Assembly: GCA_031421935.1 (NCBI GenBank) | Contig: JANOPQ010000038.1 | Coordinates: 1-58,422 of the forward strand | Origin: Bacteroidota bacterium | GTDB lineage: Bacteria; Bacteroidota; Bacteroidia; AKYH767-A; OLB10 | Direction of reading: 5' to 3' | DNA length: 58,422 nt | Part shown: positions 40,810 through 51,437 of the stretch, in pieces | Position numbering within the stretch: position 1 is the stretch's first letter | Layout: the number at the start of each line of letters is the position of its first letter | Notes under the pieces: generated by a model | The model's input: the letters and a program-made list of their open reading frames with translations, nothing else | What the model was told of the DNA's origin: nothing | The model's database searches: none | Program-made: the position numbers and the translations under genes

Positions 40810-40925
40810 TTTATTTTTTATCTGGTTAAAATATTTAGAAAATGTTGTTTGGAATAAAAATTAGCCTGAACCTATGCGATTACTATCGAACCCCTCTCCA
40901 GAGAAGTGGGGCTCTAAAAATCCTG

Positions 40926-41198
40926 TTAATCCTTCACTTCCTCAAAATCAACATACTCTCCATGATCGTTGGAAACGCCTTTGTTGGACTTACTTTTGAC
41001 TTGTTCTTTTTGAGTGGGTTGCTGTGGATTTTGCTGCTGGTTTTGCTGCTGATTAAAACCAGACTGACGCTCGTTCATCTTATTCATTTCTTTGAATACC
41101 TTCTTAGACAGAGCAGTCATCAAGAAAAAAAAGATGTAGCGCCGAAAGACACCGAAGATTATAAAAATGATAAGAAGTATAAACAAGAAGTCGGACAT
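40926..41198 (-). CDS. Small membrane protein, DUF4834-like
   Basis: N-terminal TM segment, Q-rich linker, C-terminal GEYVDFEEVKD. Confidence 0.82.
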   Translation of the reverse strand: MSDFLFILLIIFIIFGVFRRYIFFFLMTALSKKVFKEMNKMNERQSGFNQQQNQQQNPQQPTQKEQVKSKSNKGVSNDHGEYVDFEEVKD

Positions 41199-41240
41199 TT
41201 TAATTCAATAATTTAAAGACGTGTATTACCAGTCTGTATT

Positions 41241-44057
41241 TTATCTTGATAAATATAAATTTCTTTCGTCGTATAATTTTGTAAAGACCTCGTCCTGCAA
41301 ATCATCAATAAAATAAATAGCTTCGCCCGTTGATTTCATCTCTGGGCCTAACTCTTTATTTACATCTTTGAATTTATCGAAAGAGAAAACGGGCAATTTA
41401 ATGGCGTAACCACCTTTCTTGGGATTAAACGTAAAATCACTCAATTTCTTGTCTCCCAACATCAGCTTCGTTGCATAATTCACATACGGTTCGTCATAGG
41501 CTTTCGCTATAAATGGAACGGTACGGGAAGCTCTTGGATTTGCCTCAATCACATAAACGATTTCTTCTTTGATTGCAAACTGAATATTGATCAAACCTTT
41601 TACTTTCATGGCTAGAGCAATTTTTTTCGTTATGTCTTCAATTTGTTTGATCACATGGTCGCTCAAATCAAAAGGCGGCAACACGGCATTACTATCGCCC
41701 GAATGAATTCCTGCAGGTTCAATATGCTCCATGATTCCAATGATATAAGCATCTTCTCCATCGCAAATGGCATCCGCTTCTGCTTCAATAGCGCGATCTA
41801 AGAAATGATCTAACAATACTTTATTGCCTGGAATGTCTTTCAAAATATTTACAACATGCGTTTCTAACTCTTGTTCGTTGATCACAATTTTCATTCCTTG
41901 TCCGCCCAACACATACGAAGGTCGAACTAAGAGTGGAAAACCTAAATCTTTCGATAACTCCACGGCTTGATAAGCATCTTCAATTACACCAAACTTTGGA
42001 TATGGAATATTTAATTCTCTCAACAAATTTGAAAACGATCCACGGTCTTCGGCTAAGTCTAAGGATTTGTAACTCGTTCCAATAATTTGAATTCCGTACT
42101 TATCTAATTTCTCTGCCAGTTTCAATGCAGTTTGTCCACCTAGTTGTACAATGACTCCCTCTGGTTTTTCGTGTTGGATGATATCGTAAATATGCTCCCA
42201 AAATACAGGTTCAAAATAAAGTTTATCGGCAATATCAAAGTCGGTAGAAACCGTTTCCGGATTACAATTGATCATGATGGTTTCATAGCCACATTCTTTT
42301 GCTGCTAATACGCCATGCACACAACTGTAATCGAATTCGATTCCTTGTCCAATACGATTAGGACCTGAGCCTAGAATAATTATTTTCTTTTTATCAGAAG
42401 CGATGGATTCATTTTCGGTTTCAAAAGTGGAATAGTAATAGGGTGTTTTAGCTTCAAACTCTGCAGCGCAAGTATCTACTAATTTATACACGCGGTGAAT
42501 ATTCATCTCCTTTCGTTTCGCATGCACTTGACTTTCCAAGCAACGAAGTAGATGTGCAATTTGTCGATCGGCATAGCCTTTTTGCTTTGCCTCCATCATC
42601 AAATCACGAGACAATGTATCGAGCGTGTACTTTTGAATTTCTTTTTCTAATTCAACAAGTTCTTCAATTTGATTTAAGAACCATGCATCAATTTGTGTTA
42701 ATTTTTGAATTGTTTTAAAGGGTATTCCCAACTTAAACGCATCGTAAATATGAAACAAACGATTCCAACTTGGATTCTTTAAACTATCTAAAATTTGTTC
42801 TTGATTCGTCAACTCTTTTCCATCAGCACCTAACCCATTTCGTTTTATTTCGAGCGATTGACAAGCTTTTTGCAAGGCTTCTTGGAAACTTCTTCCAATT
42901 CCCATCGCTTCACCCACTGATTTCATCTGCAAACCTAAATGACGATCGGCTCCTTTAAATTTATCGAAATTCCATCTTGGCACTTTAACAATAACATAAT
43001 CGATGGTAGGTTCAAAAAACGCAGAGGTAGATTTTGTAATTTGATTTTGCAATTCATCTAAATTATAACCGATGGCAAGCTTTGCAGCAATTTTTGCAAT
43101 AGGATAACCTGTCGCTTTGGATGCTAACGCCGATGAACGTGATACACGTGGATTAATTTCAATGACGATTATTTCATTCTCATCATTTGGATTTACAGAA
43201 AACTGAATATTACATCCTCCAGCAAATTGTCCAATTCCATTCATGCATTTGATAGCTAAATCACGCATGTTCTGGTAACAACGATCACTCAGTGTCATCG
43301 CAGGAGCAACCGTAATGGAATCTCCTGTGTGGATACCCATCGGATCAAAATTTTCGATGGAACAAATGATAATTACGTTACCTACATTATCTCGGAGCAA
43401 CTCTAACTCATACTCTTTCCAACCCATGATAGATTGCTCAACCAACACTTCATGAATGGGGCTAGCATGTAATCCATTATTCAAGGCTTCATCAAATGCT
43501 TCCTTATCAAAAACAAATCCTCCACCCGTTCCACCTAAAGTAAACGAGGGGCGAATGACTAAAGGAAATCCAATTTCTTGAGCAATTTCTTTCCCTTCTA
43601 AATAGGAAGTTGCCGTTCTTCCTTTACAAACATTAGCGCCAAGAGCAAGCATACAAAGGCGGAATTTCTCACGATCTTCCGTTGTCTTGATGGCATCAAT
43701 ATCTACTCCGATAATTCTTGTATTGTACTTATCCCAAATTCCTGCTTTTTGGCAATCGATGCAAAGATTCAATGCAGTTTGTCCACCCATGGTGGGTAGC
43801 ACCGCATCAATTTTATGCTTTTCTAAAATTTCAATGATCGACTTCTTCGTTAAAGGCTTTAGGTAGATGTGATCCGCTGTAACCGGATCCGTCATAATGG
43901 TTGCTGGATTCGAATTAATCAGTATCACCTCAATGCCTTCATCCTTCATGGAGCGGGAAGCTTGACTGCCGGCATAATCAAATTCACATGCTTGACCGAT
44001 GATGATGGGACCACTTCCGATAATAAGTACTGATTTAATTGAATGATCGCGAGGCAT
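41241..44057 (-). CDS. carB: Carbamoyl-phosphate synthase large subunit (short form without the C-terminal MGS domain)
   Basis: [40 protein letters not shown] and GPEMKSTGE motifs; 938 aa. Confidence 0.97.
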   Translation of the reverse strand: MPRDHSIKSVLIIGSGPIIIGQACEFDYAGSQASRSMKDEGIEVILINSNPATIMTDPVTADHIYLKPLTKKSIIEILEKHKIDAVLPTMGGQTALNLCIDCQKAGIWDKYNTRIIGVDIDAIKTTEDREKFRLCMLALGANVCKGRTATSYLEGKEIAQEIGFPLVIRPSFTLGGTGGGFVFDKEAFDEALNNGLHASPIHEVLVEQSIMGWKEYELELLRDNVGNVIIICSIENFDPMGIHTGDSITVAPAMTLSDRCYQNMRDLAIKCMNGIGQFAGGCNIQFSVNPNDENEIIVIEINPRVSRSSALASKATGYPIAKIAAKLAIGYNLDELQNQITKSTSAFFEPTIDYVIVKVPRWNFDKFKGADRHLGLQMKSVGEAMGIGRSFQEALQKACQSLEIKRNGLGADGKELTNQEQILDSLKNPSWNRLFHIYDAFKLGIPFKTIQKLTQIDAWFLNQIEELVELEKEIQKYTLDTLSRDLMMEAKQKGYADRQIAHLLRCLESQVHAKRKEMNIHRVYKLVDTCAAEFEAKTPYYYSTFETENESIASDKKKIIILGSGPNRIGQGIEFDYSCVHGVLAAKECGYETIMINCNPETVSTDFDIADKLYFEPVFWEHIYDIIQHEKPEGVIVQLGGQTALKLAEKLDKYGIQIIGTSYKSLDLAEDRGSFSNLLRELNIPYPKFGVIEDAYQAVELSKDLGFPLLVRPSYVLGGQGMKIVINEQELETHVVNILKDIPGNKVLLDHFLDRAIEAEADAICDGEDAYIIGIMEHIEPAGIHSGDSNAVLPPFDLSDHVIKQIEDITKKIALAMKVKGLINIQFAIKEEIVYVIEANPRASRTVPFIAKAYDEPYVNYATKLMLGDKKLSDFTFNPKKGGYAIKLPVFSFDKFKDVNKELGPEMKSTGEAIYFIDDLQDEVFTKLYDERNLYLSR

Positions 44058-44237
44058 ATGTTAGATTTTAGTATCGTTAATTGAGGAGATGAATGGTTGA
44101 TTGATGAATGAAAATGTAAAAAATAGCGAAGTCAATGAAGACAGGGAAATCAAAGAAAACAATCGACTAGAGTTGAAAAAAGCTAATGGATCATGGTTGG
44201 CTGATGGTTGCATCAAGTACATCACGATTTTAGAATA

Positions 44238-44245
44238 CAAAACTA
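44238..44245 (-). promoter_or_regulatory. -7 promoter box (TAGTTTTG) for carB, implying a ~175 nt leader
   Basis: TAnnTTTG consensus match. Confidence 0.5.
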
Positions 44246-44316
44246 AGAAAACTGAAGGTTAAAGAGGGGTGTTGTTGAAAAGTTAGGATAAGTTGATTGA
44301 ATGTACCTTTGTGTTC

Positions 44317-45150
44317 ATGATGGACGCTGAATATTCTTTTTTGAAGGATAGTGAATTCACACTTCCTTATAAATCATACGGAAGTGGAGATGAACTCTTG
44401 CTTTGCTTTCATGGTTTCGGTCGAATTTCAGATGATTTTCATCGGTTTGAGAAGAGTTTGGGTCATAAATATACCCTCATCGCTTTCGATTTTCTATACC
44501 ATGGACCTCATTCCGTTTCTGTAAAAAAGAGATTACCTGTTTTTACACCTTCTATTCTTTCGAACATGGTGGAGAAGTTACTCTGGGAAAAGAAAAAGGT
44601 AAGATGTTCCTTAATGGGATATAGCCAAGGGGGAAAAACGGTAATGGGCTTAGTTCATAAAATTCCACATAGAATCCATGAATTATTTGTGTTGGCTCCT
44701 GATGGAATGAAGAACAATAGAGTAAGGAATTTTATTGCGAAAACTTATCTGGGAAGAAGAATAGGATCCAACTTAGTGAAGTCGCCTGAATCATTACACA
44801 ACATTATTCGCACCATGCGTTTGATGAAAATTATTTCCGAAAAAGTCAAACTTTTTTTCATCAGTAATACCGATGAAATCGAAAAACGATATCGCATTTA
44901 CCACAGTTGGCTTACCTTGAGAAACTATGAAATTCATCCAAAGTTGATGAATCATTATTTCCACGCAAAGAAAATTAGAGTGGAGTTTTTCATTGGTAAA
45001 TACGATGCGATTATCACTCCCAAATCGGCTGATTTATTTCTTACAAAATTTAATTACAAAATCAATTTACATGAGTTAGCCTGTGGACACGACTTGCTGT
45101 CGTTACATTCACAAATTGAAAAAATTATTCTATCCTCCACACCTTCATGA
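44317..45150 (+). CDS. Alpha/beta hydrolase
   Basis: FHGFG, GYSQGG nucleophile elbow, GKYD and GH; TACCTTTG box 5 nt before ATG 44317. Confidence 0.87.
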   Translation: MMDAEYSFLKDSEFTLPYKSYGSGDELLLCFHGFGRISDDFHRFEKSLGHKYTLIAFDFLYHGPHSVSVKKRLPVFTPSILSNMVEKLLWEKKKVRCSLMGYSQGGKTVMGLVHKIPHRIHELFVLAPDGMKNNRVRNFIAKTYLGRRIGSNLVKSPESLHNIIRTMRLMKIISEKVKLFFISNTDEIEKRYRIYHSWLTLRNYEIHPKLMNHYFHAKKIRVEFFIGKYDAIITPKSADLFLTKFNYKINLHELACGHDLLSLHSQIEKIILSSTPS

Positions 45151-45158
45151 AAATGAAA

Positions 45159-45180
45159 AAGGCAACCGAGGGGTTGCCTT
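45159..45180. terminator. Intrinsic terminator between the convergent hydrolase and rpmH genes
   Basis: AAGGCAACC-GAGG-GGTTGCCTT hairpin with a U tract on the minus strand. Confidence 0.75.
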
Positions 45181-45202
45181 CACTATTTTTTTCAGTAAGA
45201 AA

Positions 45203-45361
45203 TTATTTTCTCCAACTACGTTCGTCAGATACCGTTAATTTTTTACGTCCTTTCTTTCTGCGTGCTGTTAAAACCCTACGACCATTAGCTGAACTCATGC
45301 GCTTACGGAAGCCATGTTTATTTCTACGTTTACGTAGCGAGGGTTGGAATGTCCTTTTCAT
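45203..45361 (-). CDS. rpmH: 50S ribosomal protein L34
   Basis: Manual translation [52 protein letters not shown]; below the ORF-track cutoff. Confidence 0.98.
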   Translation of the reverse strand: MKRTFQPSLRKRRNKHGFRKRMSSANGRRVLTARRKKGRKKLTVSDERSWRK

Positions 45362-45437
45362 ATCGATCTATTAATTACCCCCAAAGGGAGCGCAAAGATA
45401 GAAAAAATGTCTTTTACTCAAAAAGATTTTTTATTTT

Positions 45438-46088
45438 TCATAGAATTTGTCTGGCTAAATATACAATGAGCTTAGTTTCAAAGAATTCATCTTGCCAATA
45501 GTCGCTAATCTTCTGAATTTCAACCATTTTTCTGTAAAAGCCAAGTTCTTCAGACAAGTCACCTCCTTTCAAAATCACCCATCCATTAGGCAAAGATCCA
45601 ACTTGACCTTCTATTAATTTATCTTTTGTCCAGTGAATTATGTCGTTCATGGGCGCAACGGCTCTACTTAAAACATAATCTACTTCAAGATCCATTTCCT
45701 CTACACGTCCCCTTTTAACGGTTACATTCTTCAGAGCAAGTTGCTCAACAATGTCGGCTACCACTTTCATTTTCTTTTCGATGGAATCCACTAAAATGAA
45801 TTTTACATCTGGAAAAAGGATGGCGAGAGGAATACCCGGAAAGCCTCCACCTGTTCCCAAATCCAAGACTCTTGCGCCTGGATTAAATCGAATAAACTTA
45901 GAAATAGAAAGAGAATGAAGTACATGTTTCACTTCAAATAGCTCTGTATCCTTTCTCGAAATCAAGTTAATATGGCTATTCCATTCTAAGAATATCTCCT
46001 TAAATCGACCCAGCAGTTCTACTTGCTCCGAAGTAATTTTTGGCAGGTAATTTTGATAAGAAAAAGAAAGCCCCATGTTTTCTGACAT
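45438..46088 (-). CDS. rsmG: 16S rRNA m7G527 methyltransferase
   Basis: WNSHINLISR, HVLHSL, DLGTGGGFPGIPLAI and SRAV motifs. Confidence 0.96.
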   Translation of the reverse strand: MSENMGLSFSYQNYLPKITSEQVELLGRFKEIFLEWNSHINLISRKDTELFEVKHVLHSLSISKFIRFNPGARVLDLGTGGGFPGIPLAILFPDVKFILVDSIEKKMKVVADIVEQLALKNVTVKRGRVEEMDLEVDYVLSRAVAPMNDIIHWTKDKLIEGQVGSLPNGWVILKGGDLSEELGFYRKMVEIQKISDYWQDEFFETKLIVYLARQIL

Positions 46089-46093
46089 GGGGC
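46058..46093 (-). terminator. Intrinsic terminator of the sigma-factor operon overlapping the rsmG start
   Basis: Minus strand GCCCCATGT-CAGAAA-ACATGGGGC followed by TTTCTTTTTCTT. Confidence 0.65.
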
Positions 46094-46127
46094 AAAGGTA
46101 ATTTAGTTCTCTATGATAAATCCAGTT

Positions 46128-46841
46128 TTAATGATTTACGTACTCAGAGTTTTTCATGATTTGGTATAAAAATTCACGTGCACGGAATAATTGAGCTTTT
46201 ACAGTTCCTAAAGGAAGCTTTAACTCATCAGCAATTTCTTCATAGGATAATTCTTGATAGTAACGTAATTCAACTAAGCGACGGTAGCGAGGCTTTAACT
46301 TCTCCACCACATCCTTCATCATCATCACTTTTTGCTTCTTCATCATTACATCGTCGGGACTTGGCCCATCCGATTTAATTTCAAGCGTGATATCTTGTCC
46401 ATCTTCGTTTTCAAAACCACGATCTATTGACAGCATCAACTTTCTTTTCTTGCGAATAAAATCGATACAATTATTCGTTGCGATTTTAAACAACCAAGTA
46501 CTGAAAGCGTAATCGGGAGTGTATTGTTTAATATTTCTAAATGCTTTCCCAAAAGCTTCTATGGTTAAATCCTCGGCATCGTCACGATTATTAACCATTT
46601 TGAGGAGCATATAATAGATAGAATCTTTGTAACGAGACATTAACTCAGCATAAGCTTTTTGGTCACCATGATCGACAGCGCGACGCACGATCTTATAATC
46701 TTTGATGGCCTTATCAGATAAATGCTGAATTTCACTATCTGCTACTTCTACAATGGGTTTTACAATTTCCTCGGTAGAAACATTTGTTGATTTACTACTG
46801 CTTTTCTTTTTTGCAGGTTGAAGGGTAGATGTGACAGCCAT
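46128..46841 (-). CDS. ECF sigma-70 factor
   Basis: DAEDL, FSTWLFKIATNNCID (region 2); SYEEIA...GTVKAQLFRAR (region 4). Confidence 0.94.
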   Translation of the reverse strand: MAVTSTLQPAKKKSSSKSTNVSTEEIVKPIVEVADSEIQHLSDKAIKDYKIVRRAVDHGDQKAYAELMSRYKDSIYYMLLKMVNNRDDAEDLTIEAFGKAFRNIKQYTPDYAFSTWLFKIATNNCIDFIRKKRKLMLSIDRGFENEDGQDITLEIKSDGPSPDDVMMKKQKVMMMKDVVEKLKPRYRRLVELRYYQELSYEEIADELKLPLGTVKAQLFRAREFLYQIMKNSEYVNH

Positions 46842-47998
46842 TATTTCCAGGATTTGGTTTTGATGAAGAGATTAGAAACAGCTAAGATAGGATATGAGAA
46901 AGCAGTAATGAAATCAAAAGCAGGTAGAAAAAACACCAGGTCTTTTTCACCTAATGCTTTAAATCCTTTCCAACAAACTATCATTTGAGTCATAAGACGT
47001 ATTGCGATAACTCCTACGATGATTTGCCAATTAAGTTTCAATATAAATGCAAGAATTACACTTAACCAGAACAAAAACAAGCTAAAAAAGTAACCACCCA
47101 CGAATCCACGGTCACTGCTTTTATAATGCTTACCTGTGCTCATATGTCGTTTTTTTTGCCAAATCCAGGTATAAAGACTTGATTTAGGCTTTGAATAAGT
47201 AAAAGCATCTGGATTTAGGATTACAGACGTATTACTTTGATTGGAAGTTTCGTTCACAAAGAGATCGTCATCGCCTGACATAATATGGTAGTGTTTAGCG
47301 AAACCTTTGTTTTTAAAGAAAAGAGATTTGGTGTAAGCCAAATTTCGTCCTACGCCCATATAGGCTTTACCCTTTAACGCACGACTAAGGTACAGCATTG
47401 CATTCATCACCGTATCGAAGCGAATCCATTTGCTGAGTAATCCGGGCTCATTATTATAGGCTCCATAAGAAATCACAATTTCTTTCTCCTTGGAAAAGCC
47501 CTGTACCATGGCTCTGATCCAATTCCTTGAAGCAGGTTTACAATCAGCATCAGTCAACAAAAGGTGCTCATAGGAAGCTCCTTTAATGCCTAAAGTAAGC
47601 GCGAATTTCTTACCGTGTTGGTATTTCTCTTGCTCCTTTAAAGTGATGACTTTCAAATTGGGATAGGCATCTTCCATTTCCTCCAAAAAATTGGCTGACT
47701 CATCCCAAGAACAATCGTTCACAACTACCACTTGATATTCGGGATAGTCTTGATCGAGAACAGAAGGCAAGAAACTACGTAAATTCTTTAATTCATTTCG
47801 AGCACAAATAACTACAGATACAGGAGCCGTGAATGGAGCGATTTTCCCTTCCGATTTTTTGTAAAATGACGGACCCGACATTCCAATTAGAAAATAAAAA
47901 AGCTGTACGAGTGTCGCACTTCCTAATATGACTAAAACAATTTGATTAATTAACTCTAATTCTAAGGCTGGCATCTTCAATGGATCGTTGCTAAACAC
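46841..47998 (-). CDS. Membrane glycosyltransferase family 2
   Basis: SVVICARNE, VNDCS, GKK, TDAD, SGDDDL and QKKRH motifs. Confidence 0.9.
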   Translation of the reverse strand: MFSNDPLKMPALELELINQIVLVILGSATLVQLFYFLIGMSGPSFYKKSEGKIAPFTAPVSVVICARNELKNLRSFLPSVLDQDYPEYQVVVVNDCSWDESANFLEEMEDAYPNLKVITLKEQEKYQHGKKFALTLGIKGASYEHLLLTDADCKPASRNWIRAMVQGFSKEKEIVISYGAYNNEPGLLSKWIRFDTVMNAMLYLSRALKGKAYMGVGRNLAYTKSLFFKNKGFAKHYHIMSGDDDLFVNETSNQSNTSVILNPDAFTYSKPKSSLYTWIWQKKRHMSTGKHYKSSDRGFVGGYFFSLFLFWLSVILAFILKLNWQIIVGVIAIRLMTQMIVCWKGFKALGEKDLVFFLPAFDFITAFSYPILAVSNLFIKTKSWK

Positions 47999-48225
47999 AC
48001 AAATCTATTGGATGAGTCGGCGCTAAAAGGAGAGTTCAATTTATAAATATTAACATTTCAATATTGAAAATAAATCCATCTAAAAGACACCTTAGCAAAC
48101 ACTTATAAAATTAAAATTTGCATTTCCTCTTTTATGAGATGAATTTACCTAGAGATGAATGAAATTTTTATCTCCTTTAATGAAATTCCTGTCTGAGCTC
48201 AAGCGGAATTAAAACATGAATTCAA

Positions 48226-49425
48226 TTAAATGGTTCTGCCTGGATACACTTTTAATGCTTCTTCCAGACAAGACATCGCATTCTTTAGCGATTCTTGATT
48301 CAGAACATATGCAATTCTTACCTGATGTTTTCCAAGTTCGGGAACAGAATAAAATCCACTTGCAGGAGCTAACATAACTGTTTGGTTATTGAATGCAAAA
48401 GATTCCAAGAGCCATTGGCAAAACTTGTCTGCATCATCGACGGGCAATTCGGCCATACAATAAAAGGCTCCACTTGGTTTAGGACAAAATACGCCTTCCA
48501 TTTTATTCAATGAATCCACAACAAAATCTCGTCGAGAAATATATTCCTTATGTACTTCAGCAAAATAAGTCTCGGGGGTATCAATAGCGGCTTCGGCAGC
48601 TATTTGGCCTAAAGTTGGCGGACTCAAGCGAGCTTGTGCAAATCGCAAGGCAGCAGCCATCACTTCCTTGTTTTTTGAAATTAAAGCTCCTATACGAACT
48701 CCACAGGCACTGTACCTTTTCGAAACACTATCCATTAAAACAACATGTTGATCCAATCCATCTAAATGCATGGATGATACATACTCACGCCCATCATAAC
48801 AAAACTCGCGATACACTTCATCGGAGAAAAGGTATAAATCGTGTTTTAGAACAATTTTTCGAAGAATTTCCAACTCTTCCTTTGTATACAAATACCCAGT
48901 TGGATTACTTGGATTACAAATTAAAATTGCTTTTGTTTTAGAAGTGATTGCTTTCTCGAATTCTTCGATTGGAGGCAGAGCAAACCCTGTTCTAATGCTA
49001 GAAGCAATTGGTTTTACAATTACATCTGCTTGCGTGCTGAATCCGTTATAATTTGCATAATAAGGTTCAGGCACAATAATTTCATCTCCCGCATTCAAGC
49101 AAGCCATCATTCCAATTTCAATCGCTTCAGATCCCCCGGTAGTAATTATAATATCTTCCCAACTTAGGTTAATATCAAACTTTTGATAATATCCAACGAG
49201 TTTTTTTCTATAAGACTCAATACCAGCAGAATGACTATACTCAATGACTTTCAAATCTATCTTATGAATCGCATCCATCATGACCTGAGGGGTATGAATA
49301 TCAGGTTGACCAATATTCAAATGAAAGATGTGTACTCCTCTTTTCTTAGCTTTCTCTGCAAACGGAACTAGTTTACGAATAGGGCTTGGGGGCATTTTAA
49401 GCCCTTTATCAGATATTTTTGGCAT
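48226..49425 (-). CDS. PLP-dependent aminotransferase class I/II (aspartate aminotransferase-like)
   Basis: LNIGQPD, NPSNPTG, SDEVY and DSVSKRYSACGVRIG motifs. Confidence 0.93.
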   Translation of the reverse strand: MPKISDKGLKMPPSPIRKLVPFAEKAKKRGVHIFHLNIGQPDIHTPQVMMDAIHKIDLKVIEYSHSAGIESYRKKLVGYYQKFDINLSWEDIIITTGGSEAIEIGMMACLNAGDEIIVPEPYYANYNGFSTQADVIVKPIASSIRTGFALPPIEEFEKAITSKTKAILICNPSNPTGYLYTKEELEILRKIVLKHDLYLFSDEVYREFCYDGREYVSSMHLDGLDQHVVLMDSVSKRYSACGVRIGALISKNKEVMAAALRFAQARLSPPTLGQIAAEAAIDTPETYFAEVHKEYISRRDFVVDSLNKMEGVFCPKPSGAFYCMAELPVDDADKFCQWLLESFAFNNQTVMLAPASGFYSVPELGKHQVRIAYVLNQESLKNAMSCLEEALKVYPGRTI

Positions 49426-49438
49426 GGTATTAAAATAT

Positions 49439-49465
49439 TAATCCCGGCCAAACGGGCCGGGATTA
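49439..49465 (-). terminator. Hairpin/terminator after the DUF1573 genes
   Basis: TAATCCCGGCC-N5-GGCCGGGATTA, an 11-bp stem. Confidence 0.65.
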
Positions 49466-49492
49466 CAAAATTAAACTTTTTTGTTGATAGAA

Positions 49493-49978
49493 TTACTTCG
49501 CTGGAGTAGCATTTGCTGGCTGAGCAGCAGGCGCTTCAACAGTTCCTTTCAAATGAAGGATACGAGGACTGTTCTTAGCGTTAGAGGTAATAGTAACGGT
49601 TTTGTCTTGCATACCCATTTTACCTGCAGAATTAAAAGTTACTTTAATAGATCCTGTAGCACCTTTCTTAATTGGTTCTTTTGGGTAAAGAGGAACAGTA
49701 CAACCGCAAGATCCTTGAGCATTTGTGATGATCAAATCTTCCTTTCCGTCATTAGAAAAAGTGAATTCATGCGTTACAGACTCACCTTGTTTAATGGTAC
49801 CGAAATTAAATTCTTCGTTACCGAAAGTCATTTCAGCAGCGTTTTTGTTTTCAGCAGGAGTAGCTACTTGAGTAGCTGCTGGAGTTGCTGATTTGCTCAT
49901 CGCTTTGTCAGTTTGAGCGTTTACCATTGTAGCTGCGAATAACATTCCACAAGTGGCGAGAATGATTGATTTTTTCAT
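49493..49978 (-). CDS. DUF1573 domain exported protein
   Basis: Signal peptide; FGTI, FSNDGKEDLII and SCGCT motifs. Confidence 0.9.
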   Translation of the reverse strand: MKKSIILATCGMLFAATMVNAQTDKAMSKSATPAATQVATPAENKNAAEMTFGNEEFNFGTIKQGESVTHEFTFSNDGKEDLIITNAQGSCGCTVPLYPKEPIKKGATGSIKVTFNSAGKMGMQDKTVTITSNAKNSPRILHLKGTVEAPAAQPANATPAK

Positions 49979-50008
49979 AATGAATTGTTTAGTTTATTAA
50001 TTTATTAA

Positions 50009-50473
50009 TTATTTCGAATGATTTTCTAAGGGCGACAATCCGTTATCCTTTTTAAGAGGCATTTGATCATCGGTTTGTTCTTGAGATCTAACTACTCCTT
50101 TAATCGTAATTACTTTTGAAGCAGACTTTGCATTAGAGTTAATGGTAACTGTTTTTGTAAAAGGTCCCGGGCGTTTGGTATCGTAAGTTACATTGATATA
50201 TGCTGATTGTCCTTTTAAGATGGGTTCTTTTGGCCATTTTGGAACAGTACATCCACATGAACCTGTAGCATTCGTTATTACTAATGGATCTTTTCCAGTA
50301 TTCGTGAACTTAAAAGCATAACTACCATCACTGGCATAGTCAATGGTACCATAATCGTATAATTCTTTTTCAAATGTGATTTCAGCTGTTGAAGTAAGCG
50401 TTTTAGCATCTTGTGCATTGGCAAAAACACCAATTGAAACGAAGTAAATACAGAGTAAGAAGATTTTTTTCAT
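50009..50473 (-). CDS. DUF1573 domain exported protein
   Basis: Signal peptide; FTNTGKDPLVI, SCGCTVP and KTVTI motifs. Confidence 0.9.
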   Translation of the reverse strand: MKKIFLLCIYFVSIGVFANAQDAKTLTSTAEITFEKELYDYGTIDYASDGSYAFKFTNTGKDPLVITNATGSCGCTVPKWPKEPILKGQSAYINVTYDTKRPGPFTKTVTINSNAKSASKVITIKGVVRSQEQTDDQMPLKKDNGLSPLENHSK

Positions 50474-50652
50474 AATTAGATGAGTTCTACTTTTAACGTG
50501 TAACGGAAAACAAAGTTCATTCTTTTACATGAAGTGGAAATGAACTATACTCCTACTACTTCAAGAGTACGATGCAAAACAAACCTTTTCTTATGAACTA
50601 AACATGAAGTCATTAGTTTCTACATAATAATGAAGAAAAAGGAGGCTCAAAT

Positions 50653-51420
50653 CTAAGACTCTTCCGCAATGGCGCCACTCAACTCTACCAAAATTGTTTT
50701 GAAGAAATAAGCGGACCATAGGGCAATTCCCATAAATTTCAATCCATCTTCAATGTAAGTTCCAAAGGGGACTATCTCCTCAAAAAACACATCAAATACG
50801 ATTGATATCGCTAAAAAGAAATAAGAGGTAATAAGTATGCTGAAATATTTATTCATCAATGTATTTACATATTTAATATTAAAAACAATTAAAATAAATG
50901 TATAGGCTATATAGAAGCTGACTTCAGGGATTCCAATATAATCGGGAACGATGACTTCATGAAACTGAAATAAATCATCAACGGCAATGATGGCAGTGAT
51001 AAGTCCGCTAACAAAAAAGAAATTTTTACGACCAGAATTTGGATTTCTCATTCTCAAAAAATACCAAGAAAACCAACATAAGGTCACAGAGGCGCACCAA
51101 ATAAAAATCCCCAACGAACTTAACATTCCAACGTAGGGTTCCAAATGATAAACTCCGCTATAATCTCTAGACAGATCGGATGGTTCAATTCCCGACTTAA
51201 CAGCAATTACTAAAACTGTAAAAAGAAAAACTGAAAACAAGAAAACAATTTTAAAAATATTCTTAAAGTTACTTTTTAAAGTCAGCCAAAAATTATTGAA
51301 GATCAACAGCAGCCCATGCTTGGTTAAAATCTGCTTCAAAATCGAACCGAAACTCATTTCTCTTTTCATGTGAAACAATTGCGTTTTCTTAGATCCCCAT
51401 TTTTCACTCTTAGATTCCAT
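50653..51420 (-). CDS. Uncharacterised multi-pass membrane protein (DDxFQxHE motif)
   Basis: About 7 TM segments; paralog of 51438..52097; true start uncertain. Confidence 0.75.
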   Translation of the reverse strand: MESKSEKWGSKKTQLFHMKREMSFGSILKQILTKHGLLLIFNNFWLTLKSNFKNIFKIVFLFSVFLFTVLVIAVKSGIEPSDLSRDYSGVYHLEPYVGMLSSLGIFIWCASVTLCWFSWYFLRMRNPNSGRKNFFFVSGLITAIIAVDDLFQFHEVIVPDYIGIPEVSFYIAYTFILIVFNIKYVNTLMNKYFSILITSYFFLAISIVFDVFFEEIVPFGTYIEDGLKFMGIALWSAYFFKTILVELSGAIAEES

Positions 51421-51437
51421 CTTTCCTTCTCTCTTTC

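Noticed and set aside
40638-41216. Plus-strand ORFs 40638..40829 and 40842..41216
   Set aside because: They read through palindromic repeats or lie antisense to the DUF4834-like gene; likely spurious.
45147-45374. 75-aa plus-strand ORF
   Set aside because: Antisense shadow of rpmH.
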